Origin: Squalus acanthias
Taxonomy: Eukaryota
Length of the DNA stretch: 64,000 nucleotides
Direction of reading: 5' to 3'
Assembly (NCBI GenBank): GCA_030390025.1
Contig: CM059431.1
Span: forward strand, 123,692,001 to 123,756,000
In this document: piece by piece, positions 13,448-25,554 of the stretch
How positions within the stretch are numbered: the stretch's first letter is position 1
Layout: the number at the start of each line of letters is the position of its first letter
Position numbers and translations under genes: made by a program
Notes under the pieces: generated by a model
What the model was told of the DNA's origin: nothing
The model's input: only the letters and a program-made list of their open reading frames with translations
Database searches by the model: none

Positions 13448-13872
13448 CAGGAAACTTTCGTTTATCCGGCATCGACGGGACCGGCGTGGTGCCGGTTTAT
13501 CGAAAGTACCGGATAACGGAGAGTTATATCTACCGAGGCTATTTTTAACAAAGAGACTCCAGGCAGCGCGGGAGAATCAACTCCTGCTACTGCAGTGTTT
13601 CGGACTTCCGACAGCGCCAGGAGGCCGAGTAGTGGCACTTTTGAAAAGTACCCCTACTGACTAAATCGGCGTTCGCGGACTCGGACTCAGACTCGGGATC
13701 GGCAACATTGCCGGTTATTTGAGAGGAGTTTTCGGAGCACTCGGCGTTCGCGGAGACTCGACTGTGACTCGGCAACATTGCCGGTTATTTGAGAGGAGTT
13801 TTCGGAGGATGATTTTTGCCGGTTAAGCGAGAATTCCGGATATTTGGGTTCCGGATAAACGAAAGTTTCCTG
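13448..13872. mobile_element. Tc1/mariner-superfamily (pogo/Tigger-like) MITE, 425 bp
   Basis: Perfect 22-bp TIR CAGGAAACTTTCGTTTATCCGG; TA TSD at 13446-13447 and 13873-13874; CpG-rich; internal ~70-bp duplication. Confidence 0.9.
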
Positions 13873-15908
13873 TACTTAAATAACAACCCCTGTCATTAAT
13901 TTTAATTTGACTTGCTGATCACCATCAATAAATATTGCCTTGCCTGTGTTACCCACATTCCAAGAGCATTTATAAAAATAATTTTTATCATTCAAGTGCT
14001 CAGGCCAGTAGCCACCTTATGTGAGTTTTGAATATGCAGCATTCAGGTTCCTTGTATTGGTATTCATGCTTTGTGTTTGTTCTTTGCCACATTAAATGGA
14101 ACACTGAGCAAACGCATTGCAAACTTTTGTAAAATGCATGAAGTGTTGCCAGGGTCTGTGCATTCTGTCTCTTTGATGGACCACCAAGCTGGCAGCAAAT
14201 TGTTGTTAAGGCAATATTGTACTAATTAAGCAATATATGAGCACACTTAGCTTGGAAACAAATTTCTTCCTCACCTGCTCCCAGGTTCAGGGCACAGGTG
14301 ATAGACCATTTGTTCTTTCAGCATGTTCCATCCAAGCTGATTTAATGGTTCTCTTAACTAGAGGATTGGCCGCTGCCCCAAAAAAGGACCACCCTTCTTT
14401 GCAGGACATTCAAAGGTTCTGACTGCCACCCTTGCAGTAACCATTTTCAGTAGCAGAACAACGTTAAGGGTGACCAGAAGCCACTTAAGAGCAACTAGGA
14501 CTGGAAAACCCCAGCCTTCGACACTAGTGCACTCCCAGCGCATCATCCACCATGTTCCAGAAACGTGCAAATTCATTGTAATTAGCTCACCTCGCAATAT
14601 AACACTGGTCAGCTCACTGCAGGAACATACAGTACCCAAAAAACAGCAGTTCTGCATTGCACTGGGATGGCATTATCGGTCGATATAGGTTTTGTAGATT
14701 TTAAAAGTCCGTGACCAGCTTGCATTTAAATACATAGATATGGCCATGTAGTAACCAACCATGGAGGCTCTTATTTCTCTTGAAGACTTATAACAGTATT
14801 TGTTAGCTCAAAACATTCATGTATTGAACTTGGAAATCAGTACAAACCTGTAATATTATATTTTGGGCCTGTACTTGCATAGTGGTAGCCCTTACGTTGT
14901 ACATTTGCAATGACATTGTGTGTTAATAGGACATTGATCTCCAAATGGATATGCACCCAGAACCAGTGGAAATCCTTTAATGGCAATAAAAACATTACTG
15001 TGTCGCTTCCTGTTGTGCTTTAGATTTTGCAAAATGAATACATTTGGCAGTGTTCATTATCAACACAGCTATGATTTCCTGGACACAGTTTGACATGGAG
15101 GAAATCAGTATAATCATTCCCTCATGTCCATAAGAAGTCTGCAGGATAAAAATCCATAACTGCATTTACCTTCACAGCTATGGGTTATGCAGTGGCTATT
15201 AATGAGTGTGATTTCAGGTCAGCATTTAACAGATGAGAGATGTCAGTAAGAATGTCTCTGTTGAGACCAAAACACTGCAAGCACTGCTGTTCTGTCAGTA
15301 CTGTGAGGCTTATTCTTGGCATGTAAATTCTCTAGAAGGATAATATCCTTGTTCACCTGGTCTTCTGTCTCTGATCTCTCTTTACTGCAATTAAGCAATA
15401 GCAGCCAAGATGAACAGTCCTCATTGAATGAGAACTGCTGGTATTTATACCTCCTTTAATATGGGTGATTTCAATGGAGAAAATGTCAGTTTTACTTAAT
15501 AATTGGCATGATTAGTGCTTTAATTATTGTTCCCTGTTGTACAGGTCGTTGTTTTAGCTCAATGCATCAGATAAAATTTGTGATAATTATGCTAAAGATA
15601 ACATTACCAGTACATGACATTTTCAATACAACAGCTCAGCTCAGAAATTATTATAATACAGACCTTGCTAACTCACTGCTGAGTTATTAGGGTTTCCTCG
15701 TGCTTGGGCTAAATTCTGTATACGATAAACTCACTGCCTGTCTTCTGTTTGCTGGTTTCTATAAACTCACTGTTACATTTTCTGGATATTTCTACTGTTC
15801 TTATAATCGATTTTTCAGATCCTATATCTTAGATCATTTTCATCAGTGAGGTCCAACTACCTATGTCTTCTTGAATATCTCACCAGCCTTGATATCTAAG
15901 TAAACCTA

Positions 15909-16193
15909 GGGTATGGTAGCAGAGTGGTTATAGTATTAGACCAGAAACTAGAGGTTACAAGTACATGGTTAGTTGTTAAATTTAATTCAATAAGTTTGGA
16001 ATTAAGTAGGCCAGCACCAGAAAAAAACCATTAAAAGCTGTTCGAATGTTGTAAAAACCTAACTTACTTATGGCTTGGTCTGGCCTACAAAAGCCTATGA
16101 AGTCCCATATTATATAGTTGAACCATAATACACTCAATAGCCTCAGGGCAGTGAGAGGTGGTCAATAAATGCAATCTGGCCAGTGTTGCCCAC
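15909..16193 (+). mobile_element. Degenerate tRNA-derived SINE with a CR1/L2-group tail
   Basis: A-box-like head GGTAGCAGAGTGG; tail CAATAAATGC...GGCCAGTGTTGCCCAC matches the LINE tail near 7815-7850 and resumes after the MITE at 16993. Confidence 0.5.
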
Positions 16194-16989
16194 GGGGGTG
16201 ATTTTGCCAATGGGGAGCTTTTGGAGGCGAGACTCCCACTTGTCGGATTTCAGTCCCACCTCCATCAACCTCTGGCCAACCCACGCTATTTTCCCTTGAT
16301 TGACCTTGTTAAGCCCGCCCAGCGGGCTTAGCAGGCCAATTAAGGGGGAAGCCGGTTGCAGACAACGTCAATGTATGACGTTTCATCTGTCAAAAACTTT
16401 TGACAGATGAATTGTCATCGTTTGACAGCTCTGTGAAGCTGTCAAACACTGACACTGATATTCTCTGTAGTTTGATGAGGTCTTGAATTCAAGATCTCAT
16501 CAAACTTCTTTCTTTTGCAGAAATGAGATGGTTGTTGCATTGGAGAATGCAACGGCCATCTGTCATCTTGACCGCGGAGGTGCGAGAATCTCCGCATACC
16601 CACCGACTGAAGCCTGCAGGAAAAAACAAAGGTATGTACACTTTTTCTAACACTTTGCACTTACCTCAGATACTCACCTCTCCACACTTGCACCCATCAC
16701 TGACCTTCACACCACACTTTTGGACCCTTCCAACCCCCGCAGACCCTCGCCTTGCTGACCTGGTGGGTTTCGGAGCCTTCGGGAAGCCCGCACTTGTGAG
16801 GGCAAAAAGGGAATAATTCTATTTTTTGCCTGTTAACTACTTATTAATAGGCGGTTAATTGGCTTTAATCCCTACCCGCCTCCTGGCAAGATGGCTCGGG
16901 GGTGGGTTGGGCACCCGCCCCAAATTCTGCCATTTTCCCGGCAGTCCCGCCTCCATACCCACCTCCCCAGGGCTGGCAAAATCGCCCCC
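16194..16989 (-). mobile_element. ~800-bp PIF/Harbinger-type MITE (family M1)
   Basis: TIR GGGGGTGATTTTGCCA / TGGCAAAATCGCCCCC; 3-bp TSD CAC; reverse complement of 54823-55669. Confidence 0.85.
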
Positions 16990-17083
16990 CACAACCCAAG
17001 AAGAAATTTTGGCCGCAAAATCGGAGCCGGCCGTTAAGGTCAGTTTGGAACAAAAAATGGCGGCCACCTCGCTTCCGCCCACT

Positions 17084-17812
17084 TCAGGAAATCATGGTCT
17101 CCAAAATCCGTGCAAAGCCCCGTGCAACGTTGGAACCGGACTCCTCCATGTTCCTTGACACTGACAAGAGGCTCTCTCGCAGGCTTGCCATTGCACCAAG
17201 CATTTCTGTATGCATGCCTATCACCCTTCTTCTGAAGGCCGCCCCTTCGAGGCCATCATCTGAGTCTTGTGAAGCAGAACTCATGCGCGGACTTGTCATC
17301 TGCGGAGCTGGCACCCAAGCTACCCTTTCCCCCTGGCCTGGCTGCAGCCCACTCGTGCACAGTGACTCACCACATGCAGATCCCACCTCTATACTACCCT
17401 CTAAAGTGCATGCAGTGCCATTTTCTGAGCTGATGTCTGCGATTGTCTGATGCAGTGCCAGTGTGTCTTCTTCTCCTCCATCACTTTCCTCCTCCATCAC
17501 TTCAGGGATAGGCTGGGCTGCTGGCAGTTCTTGGGTATCTGAAAGGAGAAATGCACAAGGGTAGGGTTGTGGTGAGGGGATGGGGGGGGGGGGGAAAGCA
17601 AGTTATCCGTGCATACACCATCAGCAGCTTGTAAGTGGGAAGAGATTGTGGGATGAGGGGGAAGTAGGATGTAAGAAGAAGGATTAGGTATGAACATGCC
17701 ATCATCATAACAATGCTTTCCACTTCCCCACTTGCCACGAACTCTGTGACTGCCCCTCATTGCCCTCCAACCATCTGTTGGTGCTCCCAGCGGTTGTGCA
17801 CCACCTTTGCCT
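17084..17812 (-). pseudogene. Spliced remnant of a Harbinger Myb/SANT-like accessory gene (C-terminal exons)
   Basis: Acceptor TTTCTCTTGTAG then AKVVHNRWEHQQMVGG; second acceptor TTCTCCTTTCAG near 17540; acidic, low-complexity ORF 17084-17500. Confidence 0.5.
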
Positions 17813-18288
17813 ACAAGAGAAAGGGAAGTGTGTCAGTGAGTGTGGTGCAGTAATGTGCCTGCCATGGTTGAATAGCTGGCAGTGTGTGCAAGGTGTGCGA
17901 TGTGGGTGTGAATCTTCCAGCAGTGGTAAGTGTGTGAGGGTGAAGTGAAGCTGTGATTGTGGCAAAAGCTCTGTTGGGCAATGGCTCTGTTCAGAATGAC
18001 AATGAGGTGCTTCTGTAACAATGTACCTCCCCTTTAAGTAGTGGAGAGAGCCTAGGCCAAACTTTATTGGCCAGTAGACTGCACCCGATATTGGTCCCCC
18101 TGTTGAGCGCTAAGCCAATCAACAGTGTGTTTAGTGCTGAGATCAGCGCTGCAATCATTATACTGAGCAGGGAGCACAAATTTTGGATGCCTGATCCAAT
18201 TTCTAGGCCGTATTTTTTTGAAAAAGCACTTTTGCTAATCTGCCAGAAATAACAAACTTTTCATTAATTATTTTAGCGACACCATAAT

Positions 18289-19034
18289 GGGCCGTATTTT
18301 CCAATCAGAGGCTTCCCACGTGCGGAGGCCTCTGATCTGGAAAAAATCTAGGCAATTACTTGAGGGCTCCCGAGGAGCGTATAGTTCCGATGCTGGGCCT
18401 CACCAACTCCAAGTGCGCAGGGCCTTCATATCCCAGGGGCGCATGCGGTTTGCAAGCGTCCCTGGGATCACGTGGGCCATGGGGAGCCGATCAAAGAAGG
18501 GAATCTCCCTTCATACACTTGACAGATAGACCTGTCAAATATATGAATGGAGATCAATGAAAAAACATAGTAAAACTTTAAAGACATTTTTTAAAAACCA
18601 TCACCTTTTTAAAATTAGTTGAAATTACAATAAATTAAATATTTTAAACAAAATTTTAATTTTTTGAAAAAAATAATTAAAGTTTTTTACAGGGCTAAAA
18701 ATAAACTTACCTTTTTTAAAGTATTTTTAAATGATAAATGACTGAAACATTTTTTTTTTACTTTTTTCAACTGTTATCCCGTTAAAAGCAGGCCTTACAC
18801 CTGCTTTTACCAGGCATAAGATTTCTAAGGGTTTTCTGCGGGCAGAGGGTCTCCAGAAAGCGGAACTATCCGCCCGCAGAGGCCCTTCTCTAGGGCAGGC
18901 GTCCGATCTGTCAAGAACATTCTTGACAGATCGGAAATGCCGGTTTTCAGCGCATGCTGAAACCGGCATTTTCGATGTCCCTATGGGTGGGTACACAGCG
19001 CATACCCACCCGTAGGGATCGGAATATCTGGGCC
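18289..19034. mobile_element. Non-autonomous Harbinger-type element
   Basis: Imperfect TIRs GGCCGTATTTTCC / GGAATATCTGGGCC; GC-rich arms, AT-rich core, TTGACAG palindromes. Confidence 0.6.
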
Positions 19035-19704
19035 ATTATCTTTCTCCTATCTTTGATAAGCAGTAGAGGAACACAACATCAGATCTCATTTTAAGTTTAA
19101 ATTATTAATCAAATATATTTAACAAAAGACAGACAAGCAAATAAATAACAATAATAAAAGACACTCATATATTTACAATAGAAATCCATCTCTGCAGCTC
19201 CTTGAAAGGAAATTAACAAAAAGGTCGTAATTTAAATGCTAAACTATTCTTTTCCAAATAACATATTTTTTTTTGCAATGTTTCTTTTCTTGTATTTCGT
19301 CCCACTGCAGGAGCTGCACTGATCGAACTGGATCTCTTAAAAGTCCCAAAGTGATTTTCCCAGATCCGAAAAGCTACAGCTCCTCAAATAGCCTTAAACA
19401 TAGTTGCCGGAACTTCCTGAATTTTGATAAACTTTCGAAAATAACAGATGTCATATACATAATGGAAAGAATTGCACAATTTTGTGCTTGTTCAAAAGTT
19501 GCTTGGGACCTCAATAAAGCTGTGTGGACAATGAGCAGAACTTGTAACGTTTTATGGAGTTAAGCTTTGAACAAGATTCTGACTGTGACTATTTTTCTTA
19601 AACTCCAGTGGCTCTACAAAGCTAAAACAGGACAGAACTGCTTTGTTTTTGTCACAATCACCTGTTGAAAGGCTCTTCTGTATAACTTTTGTCATTCATA
19701 CTCA

Positions 19705-20030
19705 TGCCAGTAATTTCCATGGGGGTTCTTTAAATCTCCTGTTGTAAATTTGGGGAAGATCGGCAGAAACCACAGAAAAAGGGCGTGAACACAGCTGTTT
19801 ATACTGATTCTCCAGGGTTTCATACAAATACAGAATCATACAGCACAGAAGGAGGCCATTCAACCCATTGTGCCTGTACTGGTCCTTTGAAAGAGCGATC
19901 TAATTAGTCCCACTCCCCTGTTCTTTTACCACAGCCCCGCAATTTTTTTCTTTTCAAGTATTGGTTTCTGCCAATCTTCCAGCAAAGTTACAATGGGAGA
20001 TTGGGAAACCCATGCAGAAATTCTAGCCCT
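19705..20030. mobile_element. Hairpin MITE containing a CR1 3' tail (about 19829-19960, minus)
   Basis: Arms GGAAGATCGGCAGAAACC / GGTTTCTGCCAATCTTCC; inner ACAGCACAGAAGGAGGCCATT matches the CR1 tail near 54300. Confidence 0.55.
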
Positions 20031-20122
20031 TTGTATATAAAGTTTTGGTGAAAGGAAACACAGGAAATTGACTTTTCTAAGCATCTCTGGAACAACAAAG
20101 CCATAATTTCACAAAACTCTTG

Positions 20123-20751
20123 GGGCTAAAAATTAAGTCGCGCCCCCTTTGGGGCGCTAACTTCCCTACTTTTAGCGCCCCGGAAAAATTAGCGCCCCCA
20201 CAACGGAAATTGAGTGGTAGCGCCCCAAGAGGGAAGCGGGACGCTACTGGAATTGCCCCGCCTCCCTCTTGGGGCACTGCGAGGGAATATCGCGGTGCTA
20301 CATGCCACAGCGCCATGCGCCGCGGCACATAGCGCCGCGGTATTGCAGGACTTCCCCCCCTTCTGAATGGGGAGGGGCCTTGCACAGCGCGGCCCGGGTG
20401 CTGGCAGGCAGCCAGCAACAAAAATGACCGCCCGGCACCTCACCTTTAAATAGCGCCTCCCCGGCCGCAGGTAGGTCCTCCTGACCCCGTCGGACATAGC
20501 GTCCGGCGGTAAGTCAGGAGGCGCTACTGAAGATCGCGGCCGAGGCAAGAGCGGGGCGCTGCGCACGGCAATCACGTCATCGCCGGCGGCGCAGCACCGC
20601 GGGGCGCTATCAGTTACCGCCGCCGCTAACCTCCCGCTGAATTTTGCGGGAGGCGTTGGCGGTGCCGCGCCCGGGCACTAGTTGCTTTGCGCCCCATTAG
20701 TACCCTCTTAGGGCGCTAATGGGAGGCGCAAAGCAACCAAATTTTTCCCCC
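20123..20751 (+). mobile_element. GC/CpG-rich Harbinger-type MITE (family M2), internally deleted
   Basis: TIR GGGCTAAAAATT / AATTTTTCCCCC; TSD TTG; homologous to copies at 39958, 50587 and 63717. Confidence 0.9.
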
Positions 20752-21966
20752 TTGAGCCCTTGTATAATATCTTCTCACATGTACATTATCCATCCCCATC
20801 TTATTTCTTATCTAGTCTGTCACAGATGAAATGCCCTGTCTGTGTATGTTAATTAGTAGGTTCCTTTTAAGGTGGGTCTGATGATGTATCAGCTCTCTAT
20901 CCAGCCAAGTGACCATTTTACTTTTTCAGCTGTTCGGTTCTTCCCTGCCACATGCAAAAGAGGACGGGGGGAGTGCTTTGCTGCGTTTGACTCATTTATC
21001 TCCCCAACTGCCCGGTAATTGCCGGCAAGAAACGAGCCTGATTGGAAAGGATATTAAGGCCTGGCCGATGTGTTGCAAGCCAGAAGACCAGAAGGGATCC
21101 AGAGCAAGCTGCAGGTAAGGTTTTTTTTTAACACACATATATCTTAAGTGTATTTTAAGTAGGTTTAGTGTTTTTAACGTCAATTTAATATTTTTAAAGT
21201 AAAGTTAAGTTTTTTTAAGTTCCTATTTGTATTTTTTAAATCATTGTAATGCATTTCCAATTTTTGCTTTAGATTTCTGGCTCTTTCAGTGGATATTTTC
21301 AGTGAGTCTGATCCAGACGTCAGACTTGGGTCAGGTGTCAGACTTAGCTCAGTGATAGCACTCCCACCTCAGTGACTATACTTCAAAAGTAAAGTGCTTT
21401 GGGACATCCTGAGGTGATAGAATGTGCTATATAAATGCAAGTCATTCTTCTTTGTTTCCTTATACTATCTCAGAACACAAAGTTGGCAGTTTGACCTCTG
21501 ACTTTCTTCCTGTTGGCCTGTAGGACTGCCAATTAACCTGCCCATTGCACCTCCCAAAAGTACATTCTGACCAGACAACCCCCTGAGGTGTATGCAAGAA
21601 GACTATTACTCCCAAAACCTCATGTTTCAATGGCTACTGGAAGTCTGAAACAACATATCTAGTTGTGATGGCTGGCTCATTAACTCCTGGATGAGCTCTT
21701 GAACACATCAATGCTCTCTTTGTCTGGGTAACACCAGTATGCCTCACATTGTCAAGGTGACAGAAAGATTGCTGGACTTTTTCAGAATTAACCCTTAAAA
21801 ATCTTAAACCTGACTCATATCAGAATATATTGTAGTTTAAAAATCCTTGCAAGTTCAAATAGTCAATATTCCCCAGTTGTGACAACAGTAAAGTTTTTAA
21901 CATCTTCACGGGCCCAGGCGATGATACCTGTTGGACAGTGGGTTGATATGTCCACTCTCAGTCAAT

Positions 21967-22810
21967 GGGCTCGATTTTCCAAGCCCCGTGGAGGCGGGTT
22001 TGGAGGCGGGAGTGGTGGGAAAATTGCAGATTCGGGGGGCACGTACCCATCCCGCCCCCAACCCGCCTCCATGCCAATGTACCAGGAGGCGGGTACCCGA
22101 CCTGTGCTGGGAGCTGCCTCCCCGAGGCGGGAAGGGGATTAGTGCCAATTAACTGCCTGTTAACAGGTAGTTAACAGGCAGTTTTTTTGCTAATCCTTAT
22201 TTTTAGCCCTGAAGTGTGGGCTGCCCGACGGCTCCAAACCACGCCAAGTTAGCGAGGCGGACCATCGGTCTGCGGGGCTTGGAGGGGTCGAGATGTCCGG
22301 TGTACAGGTGAGTGATGGGTGCATGAGTGCAGAGGTAAGTGTGTTTGGTGTGTGTAAAGTGTTTTAATAAGTTTTACTTACCTTTACTTTCTCCTCCAGG
22401 CTTCTTCCCTTCAGTTCTCGGGAGTCCCTCAGCTCACCGGCACAGAAAGCAGAATGGCCGTTGAGCTGTCAAAAGCTGCAGCCTTTGCTTTCTGGTCTGG
22501 AGAGCTCTCGAACTGAGCCTGAGTAGAAGGACTCAAGTTAGAAGACAGATTTTCAGTGTTTGACAGCTTCACAGAGCTGTCAAACGCTGATATTTCATCT
22601 GTCAAAAGCACTTGACAGATGAAATGTCAATCGCTGACGTCACCAGTATCCAGGTGTCCCTTAATTGGCCTGCTGAGCCCGCTGGGTGGGCTTAACAAGG
22701 TCAATCAAGGGAAAGTAGCGTTGGTTGGCCACAAATCGATGGAGGCGGGACTACAACCCAAAAGGTGGGAGTCCCGCCTCCATCACGTCCCCATTGACAA
22801 AATTGAGCCC
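21967..22810 (+). mobile_element. MITE family M1 copy
   Basis: TIR GGGCTCGATTTT / AAAATTGAGCCC; flanks AAT/AAC; collinear with 54823-55669. Confidence 0.85.
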
Positions 22811-23422
22811 AACGTATCAATCCACAGCTCCTTCACCAGGTAGGGGACCAGAAAACTCACAGCCTGTGAGTGCCTATCCCTGGCAATGGCTCCTCTAACA
22901 TGAGGGGTCCATTTTATGGGGCAGGTCTGTGGAAACTGACAGGGAAGGATGGGTCCTGGCATATCCAGGTCCCAACCTAATTTATGGCCCTTTTATCATT
23001 CTGCTGATGGGCACAAGTCATTCATACAACTCTTGTGATTCACTTGATGTTAAACATTCCCTTCAGCGACTCAGAATTGCAAAGTTATACAACTGAAATA
23101 TTTTGTCCCTGTTACATTACTCTTCTGATACTTCTATCTATGCAAGCAAAATAACTGATAGCATTCTAATTGAAATTGAAGGTTCCATAACAATTTCTCA
23201 TTCCGTTAAAATCTTGGTTCAATCCTACCTGCTGTTCTGCTGTCTTTCCTAAATATTCTATCACACCTGCCATTTTGATATTCAGTACATCTGAGCCACG
23301 TTTATCTTTGCTTGTGACCTCTGCAAATCCACTACAGAGCTGCCAAATGAAACTTTATCAAAAAATAAGTGTCAACTGTTATTTTTCTTCCATCCCGATG
23401 GTACAGTTGTGAGATAATCTAT

Positions 23423-23608
23423 GGGCGATTTTAACCCAACTTGCTCGGTAGGGAATGGATGGAATCGGGTCGGCCGCCTATTTTACACTGCGGCCAATTT
23501 TATTTTCCATTGAGGTCAAATGGAAAGAACAATCGGACAGGTTATAAAATGGGGGGCTGACCCTATTCCATCAGATTCCCGCCAAGAGTAATTAGGTCAA
23601 AATGACCC
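23423..23608. mobile_element. Hairpin MITE
   Basis: GGGCGATTTTAACC / GGTCAAAATGACCC termini; central TTTCCATTGAGGTCAAATGGAAA. Confidence 0.6.
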
Positions 23609-24178
23609 TAATGGCTCATTTTATGCTCCAACTTTGATCAAAAGAACTCGGTGAATTAATTTTTCTATTCTCTTCTAGTATTGGGTTTAAAATTCAAAGT
23701 CAGCAAGGGTGCAAAATGGGTGGTATCGTATTAAAGTCAATGTTAAGGGGCATCGGGTGAGATGCATAACGGGCAGCCGATCTGCTACAGCCCGTTTTGA
23801 GCCCCTGCAAAAGTTTAATTTTATCCCCATTATGTCCAGACCAAGCTTTAATTTTTTCAGGTCTGTTGGTCATCCGCATCTCTGCTTTAACAAAACCTCT
23901 GCACTAATGCCCATCTCTTCAATCTCCGCAACCGTGACCCTAAGGGCTCGATTTTACTAATGGAGGCGGGTTGAGGGCTCCTCTAGATCCATCTTTTGTT
24001 TCTTTACTTGTCCCATTAAAACCCCCTTTTGCCTTGCACCATCATCACTTTTGTCGTTTAATCACTCCTGCCTTCGAGGTTTGTTCTTTCCTCCCCCTCC
24101 CCGCTTTCCCTGCCTCTGTACTTGCTTAAAACCTGTTACATCTCTAACTTTTTCCAGTTCTGATGAAGCATTAACTTT

Positions 24179-24388
24179 GGGCTTGATTTTAACATCCCTG
24201 AGGAGGCGGGTTTGGGCTCGATTTTAACAGCCCTGAGGAGGCGGGTTTGGGCTTGATTTTAACAGCCCTGAGGAGGCGGGTTTGGGCTCGATTTTAACAG
24301 CCCTGAGGAGGCGGGTTTGGGCTTGATTTTAACAGCCCTGAGGAGGCGGGTTTGGGCTCGATTTTAACAGCCCTGAGGAGGCGGGTCT
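24179..24388 (+). repeat. Six tandem 35-bp copies of the transposon left end
   Basis: Unit GGGCT(T/C)GATTTTAACAGCCCTGAGGAGGCGGGTTT starting at 24179, 24214, 24249, 24284, 24319, 24354. Confidence 0.95.
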
Positions 24389-25335
24389 GTAGGCGGCTCA
24401 GCTGCTAAAATTGGAAAAAAATGGCTTCAGAGAAACAACCCACCTCCATCCCGCCCCCACGTGATTTTCGGGAGTGTCTGTTCAGCTGCTCCCAAACTGA
24501 CCCGACTCCAACCGGAGGGACAGGTAGTTAAGGCAGTTAAGAGCCTGTTAACTGCCTTGATAATCCTATTTTGACAGAGGTTTCCCATTTTCGTGCCTCT
24601 GGCTCCTGTTTCCCGTCTTGTCAGAAACAATCCTGCTGCAAGGAGGCGAGTTGATGGAGGACATGATCTGTAGTCATTATTGGTGCAGAACTTTATAAGT
24701 TCTCCTGTAACATGGCTGGCATTCAAATGCAACAACTTTGTTGTTGGAAGTTTAGGATAAGATTGGGCAAATCTACTGACCTTGTGACGGGTCAAGCTGA
24801 CACACATCTGCTGTTTGAACTGATTGGGAATAATTTCAGGCCACTTTGAGTGTGCGCTTGCAAGCTTCTTGCCTCAACTGAAATCTATAACAACGGGATG
24901 GGAACCGTTTACATCCTCTCATCCTGGTCATCAGATTCGGAGGAAGAGCAGCGCGGCTTAGTGCTGCCGGATGAACAAGTGACTCAGCACACAGCCTCCT
25001 TGGAGGAAGATGAAGAGGACGAGGAAGAGGACAAGGAGGAGGACGTGGAGTGACGCCTTGCGGGGCCGGATGTGGCCAACCCAGCAGCAGGCGACCACAT
25101 TGCTGGCCGTCAGGCAAAGGATGCTCTCATCCATGCCAGATTTGCGTAAGCTTACACTTCAACCACAGGTGGCTGGCACCTGCAGATGAATATAAGTCCG
25201 ACATTCTCAAAACCCCAGGCATCATCTGTCCAATAAATGGTGGTTTGCGCTCAGTCTCACCACCAACATTCTACATGGACATTGCCCTGAGCCCTCACTC
25301 TTGAACTTCCGTTTCCCAGAACACAGAGGCCACAC

Positions 25336-25554
25336 TTTAGGTGATCTCAGCAGATCATTAAACCTTTTTCCACACTGAACCCATGTGCGTCTGCACACAG
25401 ACCTCGAGCTCACCTCCTCAGCAATTTAAAGCCAAGCTGCCTTGGTTTGCTGAGGAAGCCTCCTCCTTCCGTTTCCAGGAAAGAGGAGCTCCTGACGTCC
25501 TCTAACTCCCTCAACAAGAGCATGGAGAGAGCCCTCATTGAACCTGGGTGCATC
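25336..25554 (-). pseudogene. Harbinger Myb/SANT-like (trihelix) DNA-binding domain remnant
   Basis: Hand translation APRFNEGSLHALVEGVRGRQELLF...KAAWL*IAEEVSSRSVCRRTWVQCGKRFNDL, one internal stop. Confidence 0.8.

Noticed and set aside
20930..21114. Plus-strand AG...GTAAGG bounded 185-nt exon candidate
   Set aside because: Donor followed by a T-rich tract resembles the interior of local Harbinger-type elements; peptide unrecognised.
24179..24388. CRISPR-like 35-bp repeats
   Set aside because: No spacers, eukaryotic context, and the unit is a transposon end.
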